From Klebsormidium nitens (taxonomy: Eukaryota > Plantae > Klebsormidiophyceae), in NCBI GenBank assembly GCA_000708835.1, contig DF237123.1, forward strand, positions 97,444-161,443: DNA of 64,000 nt, written 5' to 3'. Positions 22,679 to 34,223 of this stretch are shown here, piece after piece. The position numbers and the translations under genes are program-made. The notes under the pieces were generated by a model. That model had not been told where the DNA came from, ran no database searches, and worked only from the letters and a program-made list of their open reading frames with translations. The number at the start of each line of letters is the position of its first letter. The first letter of the stretch is position 1.

Positions 22679-25600
22679 TCAGGCCCCGAAAGCGGCACCT
22701 GTTTCAAAGACATTGCAGTTTGAAGACGATGTCAGAAGCAGCTCTGCTTCGCGCCTCACCATTCGCAGCAATGCTTTGCAGTACCAATGAGTGTATTCGG
22801 AACTCTCGCACCGAGGCAGGGGAGCCGTTTAGGTTGCTCCATTTTCTTGACGTTATTGGCAGTCACGACGTGGATGATCCTTATCAGAATGAGTCCAATG
22901 TGAGCTGATGCGTGCGCTTGATTTATGCTGGTGCTTTGTTTGATATTCTTGTGCCCGTTAATGCAGGGAAAGTCCACGAAAGCCGTATCCCCTGGAAAAG
23001 CTGGCTGCAGCACTTATAAAAAGTGTCTTACTCGAGAGGAGTCTGTTCATGAGCGGCTGCACAATATTACCTTGAGAAACAGAAAAAGAAGTAGTATCAT
23101 TTTCCTTCATAGCTACATGAAGAAGAATGCAACTCAGGGGGATTGAAACCCATTTCAGACACAAGGACATGCGTGGAACGGCCGCAAAAGAGGTACAAAA
23201 GAAAACCTGAGCGAGCAGTGAAAGTTGTTTTCGTTCTGGCCTGAAACATCAAACAGGATAACCACTGCGGTCCATGACACGGACTGCAAAATCCATCGCT
23301 TTTGGGGCTTGGTTCCAATCGAAGAAGTTGCTTGTTTTGGATCATGATTGTACAGAAACCGACTCGTAGTAGAACAGTTGAGAATCAGCAAGAGCTCGGA
23401 TCTCCTGTGCGTGTTCGGACACTTACCAGAAGCCGGAGCAGGGGCGGGCGCGGGAGCCTGCAGCAGCCGGCGTCCGTTGGCGCACGGCGTCGAAGCTGGA
23501 AAACACAACCAGACAGATCATGCGAAAGCGCAACTTATCGTAGAATTAGCGAGGCCAGGCGGAAGCGCAAAGATCGTAGACACTAAGGGATCAGGCGAAA
23601 GCGCAGAAGTTGGAGACACTGAGGGATCAGGCGAAAACGCAGAAATTGGAGACACTGAGGGATCAGGCGAAAGCACACAGTTACAAACACTTCGTGAATC
23701 AAGCGTAAGCCTACGGGAAAGCAAGAAATGGCGTGGAGGCCGATGTTTCCAGAACCGTTAAGAGGGTAACCTTCCCCGAGCAACATGAGCTATTTTGCCT
23801 TTGTATCAGATTGTGTCAAAAGAAAAGGAATTTGGTATGGACTACTGACTCGCAGGAACGCAGGCTCCCAGCCTGGCAATGTCCGGGTTCAGCGGAACAG
23901 GGCCTCGCAGCTCGCACACCAGCCCGGGGGGGCAGTCGATGGGGAGAATGCTACCCCCCTGACGGCAGGCTGCGCACTCAACAAGAAGAACTTGTCAGGG
24001 TAAAAACCGCAAGTGGGCAGATCGGTATTTGAGCTCGATTGCAGTATCCCAAAGCGATTGGTGTGAATACAGAAGCTACAGCAGACAGATTAGTCGTTTC
24101 TCGAGGACTGAGGGGATCCCTTCGTGTAAGAATATCCACTCCGAGAGGTTCGCCGCATCTGAGAACCGCATATCAGTTAAGGCAGAGCGTTCAAAATTCT
24201 GCTGCTCACTTGCAGGAACGCAGACTCCCATCCTGACATTAGAAATAAGAAAGTTAGAGCACTCAAATCTAGTCTTAATGACTAAAGGCCGAGGGATCCC
24301 TTAGGGTGACCAAGAGCTTTGCCGCATCCGATAGCGGCGTATCGTTCAAGGCAGAGCGTTCAAATCTTTGCTGCTCACTTGCAGGAACGCAGACTCCCAT
24401 CCTAGCGATGTCGGGGTTCGACGGAACGGGGCCTTCCGGCTCGCAGACGAGGCCTGAGGGGCAGTCGATGGGGGCGATGTTACCCCCCTGACGGCAGACT
24501 GGAGGACGCAGCAGAATAAGAGTGTCAAAAAGGACGGTGGATAGACTTGAGCATGCTAGATACTAGGGATCTGGTGGCCCTTTAACGGTAAGATGAGACA
24601 CTTATGGGTCCGGTCCAAAGAGAAAGGCTAACGGGAATGATGATAAGGAAGCAAGCTAGAATTCCACGGTACATACTAGACTATTGATCGAAAGTGCTTC
24701 TGACCGTTCGTTGGCAGCACAAAGGTGCAGGAAACGAGATGGACTTCGAGGGCATAGGTATTGATAGCTTCTACCGGCGTGCATGAAGACCTGTGGATCT
24801 TTTTACTTCTTTTGAGGCCAACGGATGTTGGCAGAAGATCCCTTGAAGGCAAATTTATAAGATAAGAAAGGAGGACAGGAGAGGAGGGTGTGAAGGAAGT
24901 GGGCGACCCTTACTAGGCTGCGTGACCGTCTTGGTCGCCTCCCCGAGCAGCTTCCGTGCTCCGAGGCCCAAGAGAGAAGCTGCACCAGAGAAAGATGGCG
25001 GCGTCGGCTCACAGGACGACGTCAGCTCGCAGGGCAAAGTTACCAACCCCTTGCAATTCATCCAATGCTAAACTATGTTGGTTCTCTCTCAAACCCAAGA
25101 AAACAAACCTTTTTTTCTTATTGAAAACCCTCATAAAATACTGGAAGAGATCCTGAATACTTCGTGGTAAGAGTGGGAGTGATTCTGCATCTTTCCCGAC
25201 CTTTTTCCCTCAGCTCCGACACCCTCGAAGGCCCCGTCCGAAACTAACTGTTCGTAAGTAAAGCAACACGCTTCATTCGTGTGTCATTCGGGCGCCGGAC
25301 CAGAAGGAGCTCTAAAAACAGAACCGGGGGAGCTTACCGAGCAGTCCCCCCGGCGCGGGCGCGGGCGCGCCCAGAAGCGAGGGGATTGAGGGAAGGGCCT
25401 GGTGCACTTTGCGCGCGCGCGCCTTCGCAGCTGCACTTCCTGTTACAGTGGGTGTGAGATTTCAAAGGGCACTAGTGGCTTCTTAGTTCCGACAGTCATC
25501 GGACAGACTACAATGCACCTTGAATTTCTGCCTCGGCGACCATTTTGCCCATTACTGCGGTAGCTGGTCGCCAAGGCGTTACGGTCACAGGACTCCCTGT

Positions 25601-26660
25601 TCGAAGGAAAGGCAGCATCAGAGAAGAGAAGTTGCAGGAAGAACCTTCTGATGTTTCAACGAGTGAAGGAAAGCAGAAGATGTCGAAGGAAAGGCGAACG
25701 AACATACGAGGTAGATCGAGTTGGTGTTTTTTCGACAGGAATCAAAGATGCAAGACTCAGCACAAACACACCGTTGAGGCGTTTCTCAATCAATAGCTTG
25801 CGTACTGTTCTTCATCGGCCATGTCATACTATGTGTATGAATCCAGAAGTTCTTTGAATATTGAAGCAATATCACGACCGTGTCTCAAGAGGACTTTATC
25901 GAACATGACCTCCTCACAGGGTTAGGACGACCTTGCGATTTCATTGGGCTGTGCCAAATACCAGCGGATTTGAAGGATGAAGATTGATTGGAATCGAAAC
26001 TTACCCAGCAGCGTAACAGGTTCGTTCTCATCTTCCTTCTCAAGGATCCTTCGTCCCCCGGTCAGCGACCCTGAATAAGAACACAGAGGCAGGAAAGCGT
26101 TCAAAACTTGTTGTACCTTGTATGGCACCTAGCAATGGCTCTCGCAAGGAGCGGAACACGAGATTGAGGGCTGTATTCGTCAAACTCATTAGTCCAATCA
26201 CACTTTCTGTAAAGTGGGCTCCTGTTTATGGGGCTGTCTAAGGATTTTCGTGCGTCACGTCCAGGTGATTCAAAGCAACTCCGCTCAAGGATTCATTGGC
26301 TTCACCTGGTTGACTCCAACTCAGAAAGTTGCACTACTCTCGAATGAAAGGATCTAAGGGTTCTCGGCAACGTAGAACAGACAAAGTCCACCTTTCAAGG
26401 ACGTGAACCCGATGCTTTGGAATCTCTTCATACTTCGTCGCAAAAAGTTGCTAAGCCGCTCCAGCCCATCACTGATGGTGATGGCCCTAAACTCTAGATT
26501 TTAAGATTCTTTTCCGAAACCCGTGCAAACAAAGCGCGTGCATTTGCGTGCAGGATGTTGACATTCTCACCGATCATTCCGAGGATTCCGCCCGGCGCGG
26601 GCGCCGGCGCCGGAACGGGGCTGATCTGGTGGAGCTTACGCGCGCCCGGGGAGGCGACTC
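22679..26660 (-). CDS. Modular Ala-Pro-rich (AGP-like) protein, second part or second gene (start not identified). Phase-1 exons 26660-26571, 25596-25519 (uncertain), 25439-25338, 24979-24914, 24498-24379, 23495-23427; possible last exon 22698-22679
   Basis: Each internal exon has AG/GT borders and a length divisible by 3: GVASPGARKLHQISPVPAPAPAPGGILGMI; GSAAAKARARKVHQALPSIPSLLGAPAPAPGGLL; ASLLGLGARKLLGEATKTVTQP; ICRQGGNIAPIDCPSGLVCEPEGPVPSNPDIARMGVCVPA; TSTPCANGRRLLQAPAPAPAPAS. Confidence 0.65.
23580..23678. repeat. 33-bp tandem repeat, ~3 copies
   Basis: gacact(a/g)agggatcaggcgaaa(g/a)cgcagaa(g/a)ttgga repeated three times. Confidence 0.8.
23848..24240 (-). repeat. Degenerate copies of the Cys-rich exon 24498-24379: a frameshifted full copy at ~23850-23975 and a 3'-end-plus-intron copy at ~24110-24240
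   Basis: The copy CRQGGSILPIDCPPG has a 1-nt deletion and a changed donor (gtcagt). The second copy duplicates 'aaggcagagcgttcaaa..tgctgctcacttgcaggaacgcagactcccatcct'. Confidence 0.8.
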
Positions 26661-27300
26661 CTGAGCAACGGAGAAGTTTGAGATAGTCTTTCAGTCCTCT
26701 GTCAGATTGAAGAAGAGCAGAGTTTGTCTGGTTAGAGGTTAGACGTTTTTGGTCAGAGGTTTGAACGTATTCGACGCCAGTACACCCATCCGTAATGGAT
26801 AGGGACCTGCCGGGGGAGGAGAATATGGAAACGGGAATTCGTTTCTCAAGCATTGCTTTCGAGTTAGACAAGGCGCAACGAAGGCTTAGTGAGGGCAGCT
26901 AGTGACGTGGGTACTCGTGAAGCTGACGTGAGCAACCGTGCGGGGCATGAAGTTCCAGTGAACTTATCGTAAGTTTCCGCCGTGAAGACTGCAACCAAGT
27001 CCGGAAAGTCTGAAAGGAAGCCCTAGTCATAGTCACGAGTTTCTGAATTGTGAATGCTGGCGCAGGCGCCCGGGACTTAAGCTCTTGCAATAGCTGTCAG
27101 AACGTTTCTGGTAGAATTCTACGTCCAACATACAAGTGTATATATTCGGTTCGTTGATTTTTGCCCAGTAGTCTGCCTAACGACTTCTTAATGCTCGGGT
27201 ATTATTTATGGTACGTGTACTCGGCAGTAAAGTCGATTAGAAGTCTTGTTAGAGAACCACAAGTGTGCGGCCCATGACAAGAATTATGTCTGCTGTTAGT

Positions 27301-30300
27301 TTATCTTCTCAAGGTCGCCTCTCCCTGTAGTAAGAGGCGCATCCCGCCATTCCCTTTCTCCCGGTGCTTTGCCCCGGTCGCGACAGTGGTGCTCGCGCCT
27401 TGGACGGTGATAGTTGTGCTTGTGCCCGGTAGAAGTGAAACTGTGCCCGGTTGAAGTGAAGTGGCGCCAGTTAAACCGGGGCTGCTGACCAGGCTGGTTT
27501 CGGAGGGGGTTAAGCTAAACGTAGACGCCGTACCCGGTGCCGTAACCACCGGGTTAGAGGGAATGGTTACGCTAGCCGGAGGAACGACCACGACAGGGGC
27601 GGAGGTGGCAATTGACACCGGGGCGGCCGTGCCCAGAGGCTCCAGTGTGAAAGAGCCCGAGATCGCCCCGGTTGTGTCTTGCGTCCCGGTTAATGTCCCG
27701 CTTGGGCTACGAACCCCGTTTTGGGTTACAGGCGACACTCCTACAACGGCCGGGTTAGTGACCCCGGTTATCGAAGAAGCGACAGGTGAAACGGACACGA
27801 CTGTGGAGGGGGAAATGAGTGACGTACCGGCGGCGGTAACTAGGGGCGGGGACAGCGCGCCGAGCGTTTCGGCGGGCGTACCTACGACTGAAACCGTCGG
27901 GGGGGAAGCGGCTGACGTCGTGATGACGGCAGTCGTCGAAGTCCCCGGGGGAGCGCAGTCGATGTTTATGTTGACGACGCCGTTTGGGGTCATCGACTTA
28001 ACCGTTGCGCAGTCTGTGCGGAGCTGCCTCTGGGAGCGTTGGGACTCTTGCGGGAGAACTAGGTTGGGCTCGTCGCGTGTTTGGGGTTTCGTGCGGTGAA
28101 GGGTTGTGGCGGGGCGTGAGAGGGATTCGTCGTGTCCTGCGTGCAGGAATCGAGTCTTGGCTGAACACTCGTGTTAATGACGTGTTGTCTGACGTGTTGT
28201 TTTGCAGGACTTATCATCAGAGTGACGCGTGTTGGAAGTCCGACTGTATGCCCAGGAGCTGATAGTGGGTACTGGGTGATTTTAAAGGGAGCGATAGGGG
28301 CGTTGGGCATATACGATTCGAAGTCGAGTCGGGCGGAACAGGCGTGCACATGTGGGGGCTTAGGCGGACGTGAAGTCATAATCAAGCTTCGTTCGACCCG
28401 TGCATTCTGGCTCAGACAAGGTGAACACCCGAGACAAACACTTTAGAAACGAAAGGATACATGTTTCGGCGAATGAGAAGGCAGAGGGTTTGACTACACT
28501 CTATATTTCTCGGGGAATGCAAGAGGCAATAGCGCCTAAGACCAAGGGGCAATGAGGACATTCTAAGTGAATGGGTCGGATCAAGACGACGATGGTAAGA
28601 AAGGGACGGAACACATACAAGTTACGCGACATACATTCGCGTAAAAGAAAACAGAAAAGTCCTTCAAACCAAAGTTAAGCAGACGCCAGTAGAAAACTAG
28701 GAAAATGTATTGGTAGGAAAGTACGTCTGGCGAAGTGACCCTCTAGATTCAGGTTCCTCTTCGGCGGCTATAAGACTATTCCAACCGCTTACCGTTTTAA
28801 ATCTGCTGTACAAAGACGGAGCACGAGACGAGTCACGGCGACTTCTAAGACGATGGACCGAACAATCAATTTAGCTTCACAATCAATATGGGCTCAGTAA
28901 TTCTTTTCAACCCGTTTACCTGGTGCGGGTGCCGGTGCAGGGCTAGGCGCCTGGTGCAGCCTGCGCGCGNNNNNNNNNNNNNNNNNNNNNNNNNNNNNNN
29001 NNNNNNNNNNNNNNNNNNNNNNNNNNNNNNNNNNNNNNNNNNNNNNNNNNNNNNNNNNNNNNNNNNNNNNNNNNNNNNNNNNNNNNNNNNNNNNNNNNNN
29101 NNNNNNNNNNNNNNNNNNNNNNNNNNNNNNNNNNNNNNNNNNNNNNNNNNNNNNNNNNNNNNNNNNNNNNNNNNNNNNNNNNNNNNNNNNNNNNNNNNNN
29201 NNNNNNNNNNNNNNNNNNNNNNNNNNNNNNNNNNNNNNNNNNNNNNNNNNNNNNNNNNNNNNNNNNNNNNNNNNNNNNNNNNNNNNNNNNNNNNNNNNNN
29301 NNNNNNNNNNNNNNNNNNNNNNNNNNNNNNNNNNNNNNNNNNNNNNNNNNNNNNNNNNNNNNNNNNNNNNNNNNNNNNNNNNNNNNNNNNNNNNNNNNNN
29401 NNNNNNNNNNNNNNNNNNNNNNNNNNNNNNNNNNNNNNNNNNNNNNNNNNNNNNNNNNNNNNNNNNNNNNNNNNNNNNNNNNNNNNNNNNNNNNNNNNNN
29501 NNNNNNNNNNNNNNNNNNNNNNNNNNNNNNNNNNNNNNNNNNNNNNNNNNNNNNNNNNNNNNNNNNNNNNNNNNNNNNNNNNNNNNNNNNNNNNNNNNNN
29601 NNNNNNNNNNNNNNNNNNCGCCGGCACAGGCGCAACGTCTTGCTGGAGGCGACGCGCCCCGCGGGCCGCGGCCGCTAACAGGTCAAAGGGAGGAAGCGAT
29701 TTATAGAGAGAGTGACTGCGGAGACAGCATATCCCGGGACTGGTGTGCTGGAGTGTTTCAACAATTCCTTCTCAAGAAAATTGTCGTTGACAATTTGAAA
29801 GCGAAGGTGCGCTCTTCGAACCAAGTCGAGTTGCTTCACTTACTGGGCGCGGCAAAGGAAAAGAAAGAAGACAAAAATAGAGCGATCTTCTGTTGGATCA
29901 ACTATGACTTCTCGCAAACTCATAGCATCTTACTGTAAAATCAGCTTTCCAACATTTGGCGCGAGACAAATAGACGAAGAAAGAACAAAGGCAGGCGCTG
30001 ATTGTCTTTCAATGACTGGACGTTTGGGAGGTTGAGCGCATCCCTTCGCCGATTCAGACAAAGCTGAACGTCCTCAATCTGACCCTCGTTCTCTCGTAAA
30101 CGTTCTAGAACATGATGGAGAGCTCATGCTATGAACGACAGGTACGAGAACAAGACTGCAAGCTGCTCTGCGGACCATCATCTTCGGCTGTCAAAAATGA
30201 CTGTACACGACACAGATGATTCGTACCCGTGACGGGCGCCGGTGCCGGTGCCGGGACGGGGGCCTGCTGGAGGCGGCGCGCGCCCGCGGCCGCCGATGCG

Positions 30301-32887
30301 CCTGGCGCGGGCGCGGGCGCGGACGCGGGAACTGAGGTGTGCGGAAGAAGCAGTGAGAATGTTTTTAAAAATCATGGATATTAGAGGTCTGAACGGGAAT
30401 GCAAAGGTAAAACTGGCTCGAGACGTCTTAGCTTGTCAGCTCCGTGTGAACCAGGAGCACCATTGAGGCAAGGTAGCAGACGACAAGGTTGGATCTCAAG
30501 AACACGGACTTTGAAAACGTTCATCGAGAAGCAGCACTTGCAGGGAAATAAAGGGAAACTTGCTAGAGCGAGAGCTTCCTGACAACTTGACTGGGATCCA
30601 GTACTTAGTTGATGCCGAAAGCGTGCTCAAGCTGGTTGATTATCGTAAGCATCGTGTAGAAGGGATCTTGTCAGAAAGGTCGAAGATTCTGCAGGAAACG
30701 CCCTTACCTGGCGCTTCGACCTGCAACAGCCTTCGGGCGCTAGGAGCAGTTGCTGTGGCTGCAAAGAAGGAAAATAACGTTCGGACTTTCAATCAGACGA
30801 GAAGCAACGGATCGTCGAAAAGAGGGATTTAGTCGTTTGAATGCTTGCTAAGGAGAGGAGAGGAATCGATACCGCCGAGGACTCGGGGTCCTGTCTTGAC
30901 ACTCGACAACTCGTCCTCGTAAGACACGAGATTTGGCTTTTGGTCATATAGAATAGGTACCCAGAAAATCACGCTCCCTTGACGAAGTTGTTTGTTTGGA
31001 GTGACGATCGACCCCTCCGCTTTTGAACGCGAAGGTCCTCGGGTTGAGGCAAGCGCAGATCGGGACTCATGCAGCTGATTGCTCGAGATTAACAGATGGA
31101 TTTTTGAACCTGAGCTTTTCCTTGACCGTTTTGAAGCACCTTCTGCCTTCCTCTTTCAGAAGGAAGGAAGGATCTCATCTGTCCATTCAAACGCTTTTTC
31201 CTTCCAGATCTGAAGATGCAAAGCATATGCTGGCAGGGTTCAGGTTATGTAGCCTCGAGAGAAGCTTACCAGGCGCTGGTGCCGTCGCGTTAGCGGCTCC
31301 CCCCGCAGCAGCAACTGGGGCAGGCGCCGGAGGCACAGGCACCGGGGCAGGGGCCGGAACCGGAACGGGCGCAGGGGCCGGAACCGGAACGGGCGCCGCG
31401 GCAGCAACCGGAACGGGGGCAGGGGCCGGGGCAGGGATGGCCACTGCCCCGGGCGCCACTGCCGCAGTGACCGGGGCAATGGCGGGCCCGGTCACGTTGT
31501 GAGTGACCGGAATGCCGTGGTCCAGGTCATACGCGACGGCGATCGGGCTGTTGGGGACGAGCACGCCGACACCGGTGGCGTCCACGGCTGGAGAGAGGGG
31601 TTACGGGAGGTTAGGGGATGGTTAGGAAGGTCAGGGGATGGTGAGAAAGGGTCGGGAAGGGAGAGACTGATCAAAGGAACTTCCATGCAAATGTTCTTGC
31701 CGTGTCTGGAACTAGAGGTTTTACTGAGCATCTCGACGGGTTTGCTTTCCTGTTGAGAACGTTGAGACATGCTCTAAAGAAAGGAGAGACTAAAGAGCAG
31801 CGCGGATCTGCGGGAAGAAGAGAAACCGAAGACAGCATATCACGTGTTCGTGTATTGACTCACTATCTGAAGTAGCGAGAAGGTGGGCAATGCACCAGCT
31901 AGCCATCCACCCACCCTCAAAGTCACAGAAGCCAACTCCTAAAACGAACCAAATTTTGTTCGCGAGTTGACCTTTGTAAGCAAGGACTCAGCCGATATCA
32001 TAGATGGAAAGGTAGGAGGACCATGCTGTCTTGCTTTGGTGGAATCAGCCGACGAGACCAACCGATCTCCCTCAGAGCACTCAATCAAAATCCAATATTT
32101 ATCTGCATCTATTTGCGTGACAAACAGAGTCGTTCCTTATACGCGAAGAGGCCTGACTGTTCTGGGGTGTGCCCCAGAGTCCTCGTTCTTGGTTTACTCT
32201 CTCGCGAAGCATTTTGCGAGTTTTTTTTAGTTCTGTCCGCGAGTGGGAAAGCAAGCAGCCCAAAGACGTCAAGGCCTCTGGTTATCCAAGTCAGTTGGCC
32301 GATAAAAACTACGAAGTTAAAGTACTTTCCGGACAAAGAAGTCTCAAAAGAAAGTTCGCTCGTGGGCACTCACGTTTCAGGCTTCGGCTCCTCACCCTTG
32401 CAAAACCTGCACACACGCTTGCTTGCCTGAGTAGGAAGCATTCTTTAGGATTCCCCTCTCATCCTGTAGACTCAAGATTGTTCTGAAACGGCTCTTTTCA
32501 ACATTAGTCTTTGGACATGTGAAATAAATCCAGCAATGAAGCCTACAATCGGCTATGACATTTGAAATCTTCTCATTCACATGCATGCAAACTCAAGGTC
32601 AGTAACAAAAAGCCAATATTTATGTCAGCCCAACTGTTTTGTAGGGCACATCCGAGACCTATCTCCTGGGTCTGGGCCAATCAGACGACACTCCCGACTC
32701 AGTTGTAGAAGATACTGAGCACTAATTTCATGACAACCAAAGAGGGGCAGCTTCAGAGCTTGATCTGCATCGGAAACTTACCGGCACGCGTCATCTCGCG
32801 CTCGATGCCCTTTGCAGAGCAGCTTCCCAGCGTGCAGAGAAAGAGCACAAGTAACGAGCACCGAAGCCATGCCTTTGTGAAGCCCAT
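27301..32887 (-). CDS. Secreted arabinogalactan/mucin-like protein with signal peptide, AP-repeat modules and a Ser/Thr/Pro/Val-rich terminal exon. Exons 32887-32782, 31587-31270, 30331-30227, 29674-(gap), (gap)-28920, 28136-27301
   Basis: The N-terminus MGFTKAWLRCSLLVLFLCTLGSCSA is a typical signal peptide. Phase-1 exons encode APVPVPAPAP repeats, ARRLQQAPVPAPAPAP, ARRLQQDVAPVPA and ARRLHQAPSPAPAPAP, followed by a 278-codon S/T/P/V-rich exon. The middle is interrupted by the N gap. Confidence 0.75.
28970..29618. other. Assembly gap (649 N)
   Basis: Run of N inside the GC-rich repetitive AP-module gene. Confidence 0.99.
31320..31445 (-). repeat. Coding GC-rich tandem repeat (24-nt unit encoding APVPVPAP)
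   Basis: gcaggggccggaaccggaacgggc units repeated on the + strand. Confidence 0.75.
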
Positions 32888-34223
32888 TGTAGCTTCTTCA
32901 AGTCGTCCGTCTGAGCGATCCCCCTTTGCCAAAGCTAATCTCTGGAGCAAGAAAGTCAACCAACCTCTCAAGCAGAGTTTTCTACTTTCGTCCTCCCCGC
33001 AAAGGAACTCTGTTCCGTCTGGAAAACCAAAAGTCTTCGTCTCTCCCCGAACTTCCTCCCTGCCACTGCCAGAGAACTTCCGTCGACCTTCCGGAACTAG
33101 TTGAAATGCTCCTCAGCTTTCCCTCTGACCTGCTCGTGATCCGCAATGTTTAGGTGGTCAACATTCTGCAAGAATTTAAAAGGGCGGATCTTCGATGGAC
33201 TTCAAGCAGAGCTCCTCTCAGCAGCGCAGAGCAACAATCCACTTCGAGGTGCCTCTGCCAAGCCTGTGACAGCCTGTCGATGCCTAGCTTCGTCAACTAA
33301 GCATGAAGCTGTGGGGTGCCTCAAGTCTGAACCGCATGGACGATCGCCGACACTTTACATGCGGCTCATATCTGCTTCTGTGCCATGCGCAAGCCATGTG
33401 CCTTCTCCAGCGATGGGTCAGATTACGGAGCTTGAGGCCCCTCTGAAAGATTCTCTGACGGGCTTCGCGCCTCAGCACCTCGTTAATTGACGATCGAACA
33501 ATCCAAATTTTCGCTCTGCGCGACGCGCGTGCGTGCACGTAGTACATTGCTCTTACTTTTTCCCGCTCAAATTTGAAAGTTAGGACCAGCGCTTACCTCA
33601 TTCTTGAAGCTAAGACTAATGTAAAACCCCACATTCGAAGACGTCCTGGAAGGTCATGAAATTCGTCGGGCTCCTCCTGAGGAGGCTGCCCGGTTCATTC
33701 TACCGGGTCACTTTGCAGCCTACATGGAAAGACTTCTCTCTTCTTCCCGGGCATGCTTCAGTGCAGACCCGGTCGATCGACGGAATGCTGGATTGCATTG
33801 ATCTATGAACAAAAAAACAGGGGAAACGAGTTACAGCCGAGTAGCGCAGGGCGGCACTCGCGAAGGATACGCGCAGATCAGCGCGCCAAAGAATCATAGT
33901 CTTGGAACCCGTTCTGCTTGAATTTTACGAATCTGGATTAAGACAGGTTCTGAAAGCTTGCAAGGAGGAAGGTGAGTCACATTCTGTCGAAGGAGAAACA
34001 GACGAGCCAGTAGCGGAGCACAGGGGAAGTCAGGGTGCTGCGAAATTGGTTGTCCAAGCCTGAACGTGCGGTGAAAAGTAGCAAATCTTGCTGCATCTGC
34101 AGAAAGCAGCATTTGAGATCGAAAGACAGGTTTTTGCACTTCGTCGCTGAGGACAGTCGCCAACTTGCTAAGATTCTGCCGGACCCCGTGGTGACTGGAA
34201 GTACGCTCCAGAAGCTGGGAAGA

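Noticed and set aside
23518-23786. 33-bp repeat as a coding exon of the AP-module gene
   Set aside because: No phase-compatible AG/GT pair gives a sensible module, so it is treated as an intronic minisatellite.
27461-28099. 212-aa plus-strand ORF
   Set aside because: It is the antisense shadow of the S/T/P-rich minus-strand exon.
28866-29706. Long ORFs of 230-272 aa in the ORF track
   Set aside because: They are artefacts of translating the N gap.
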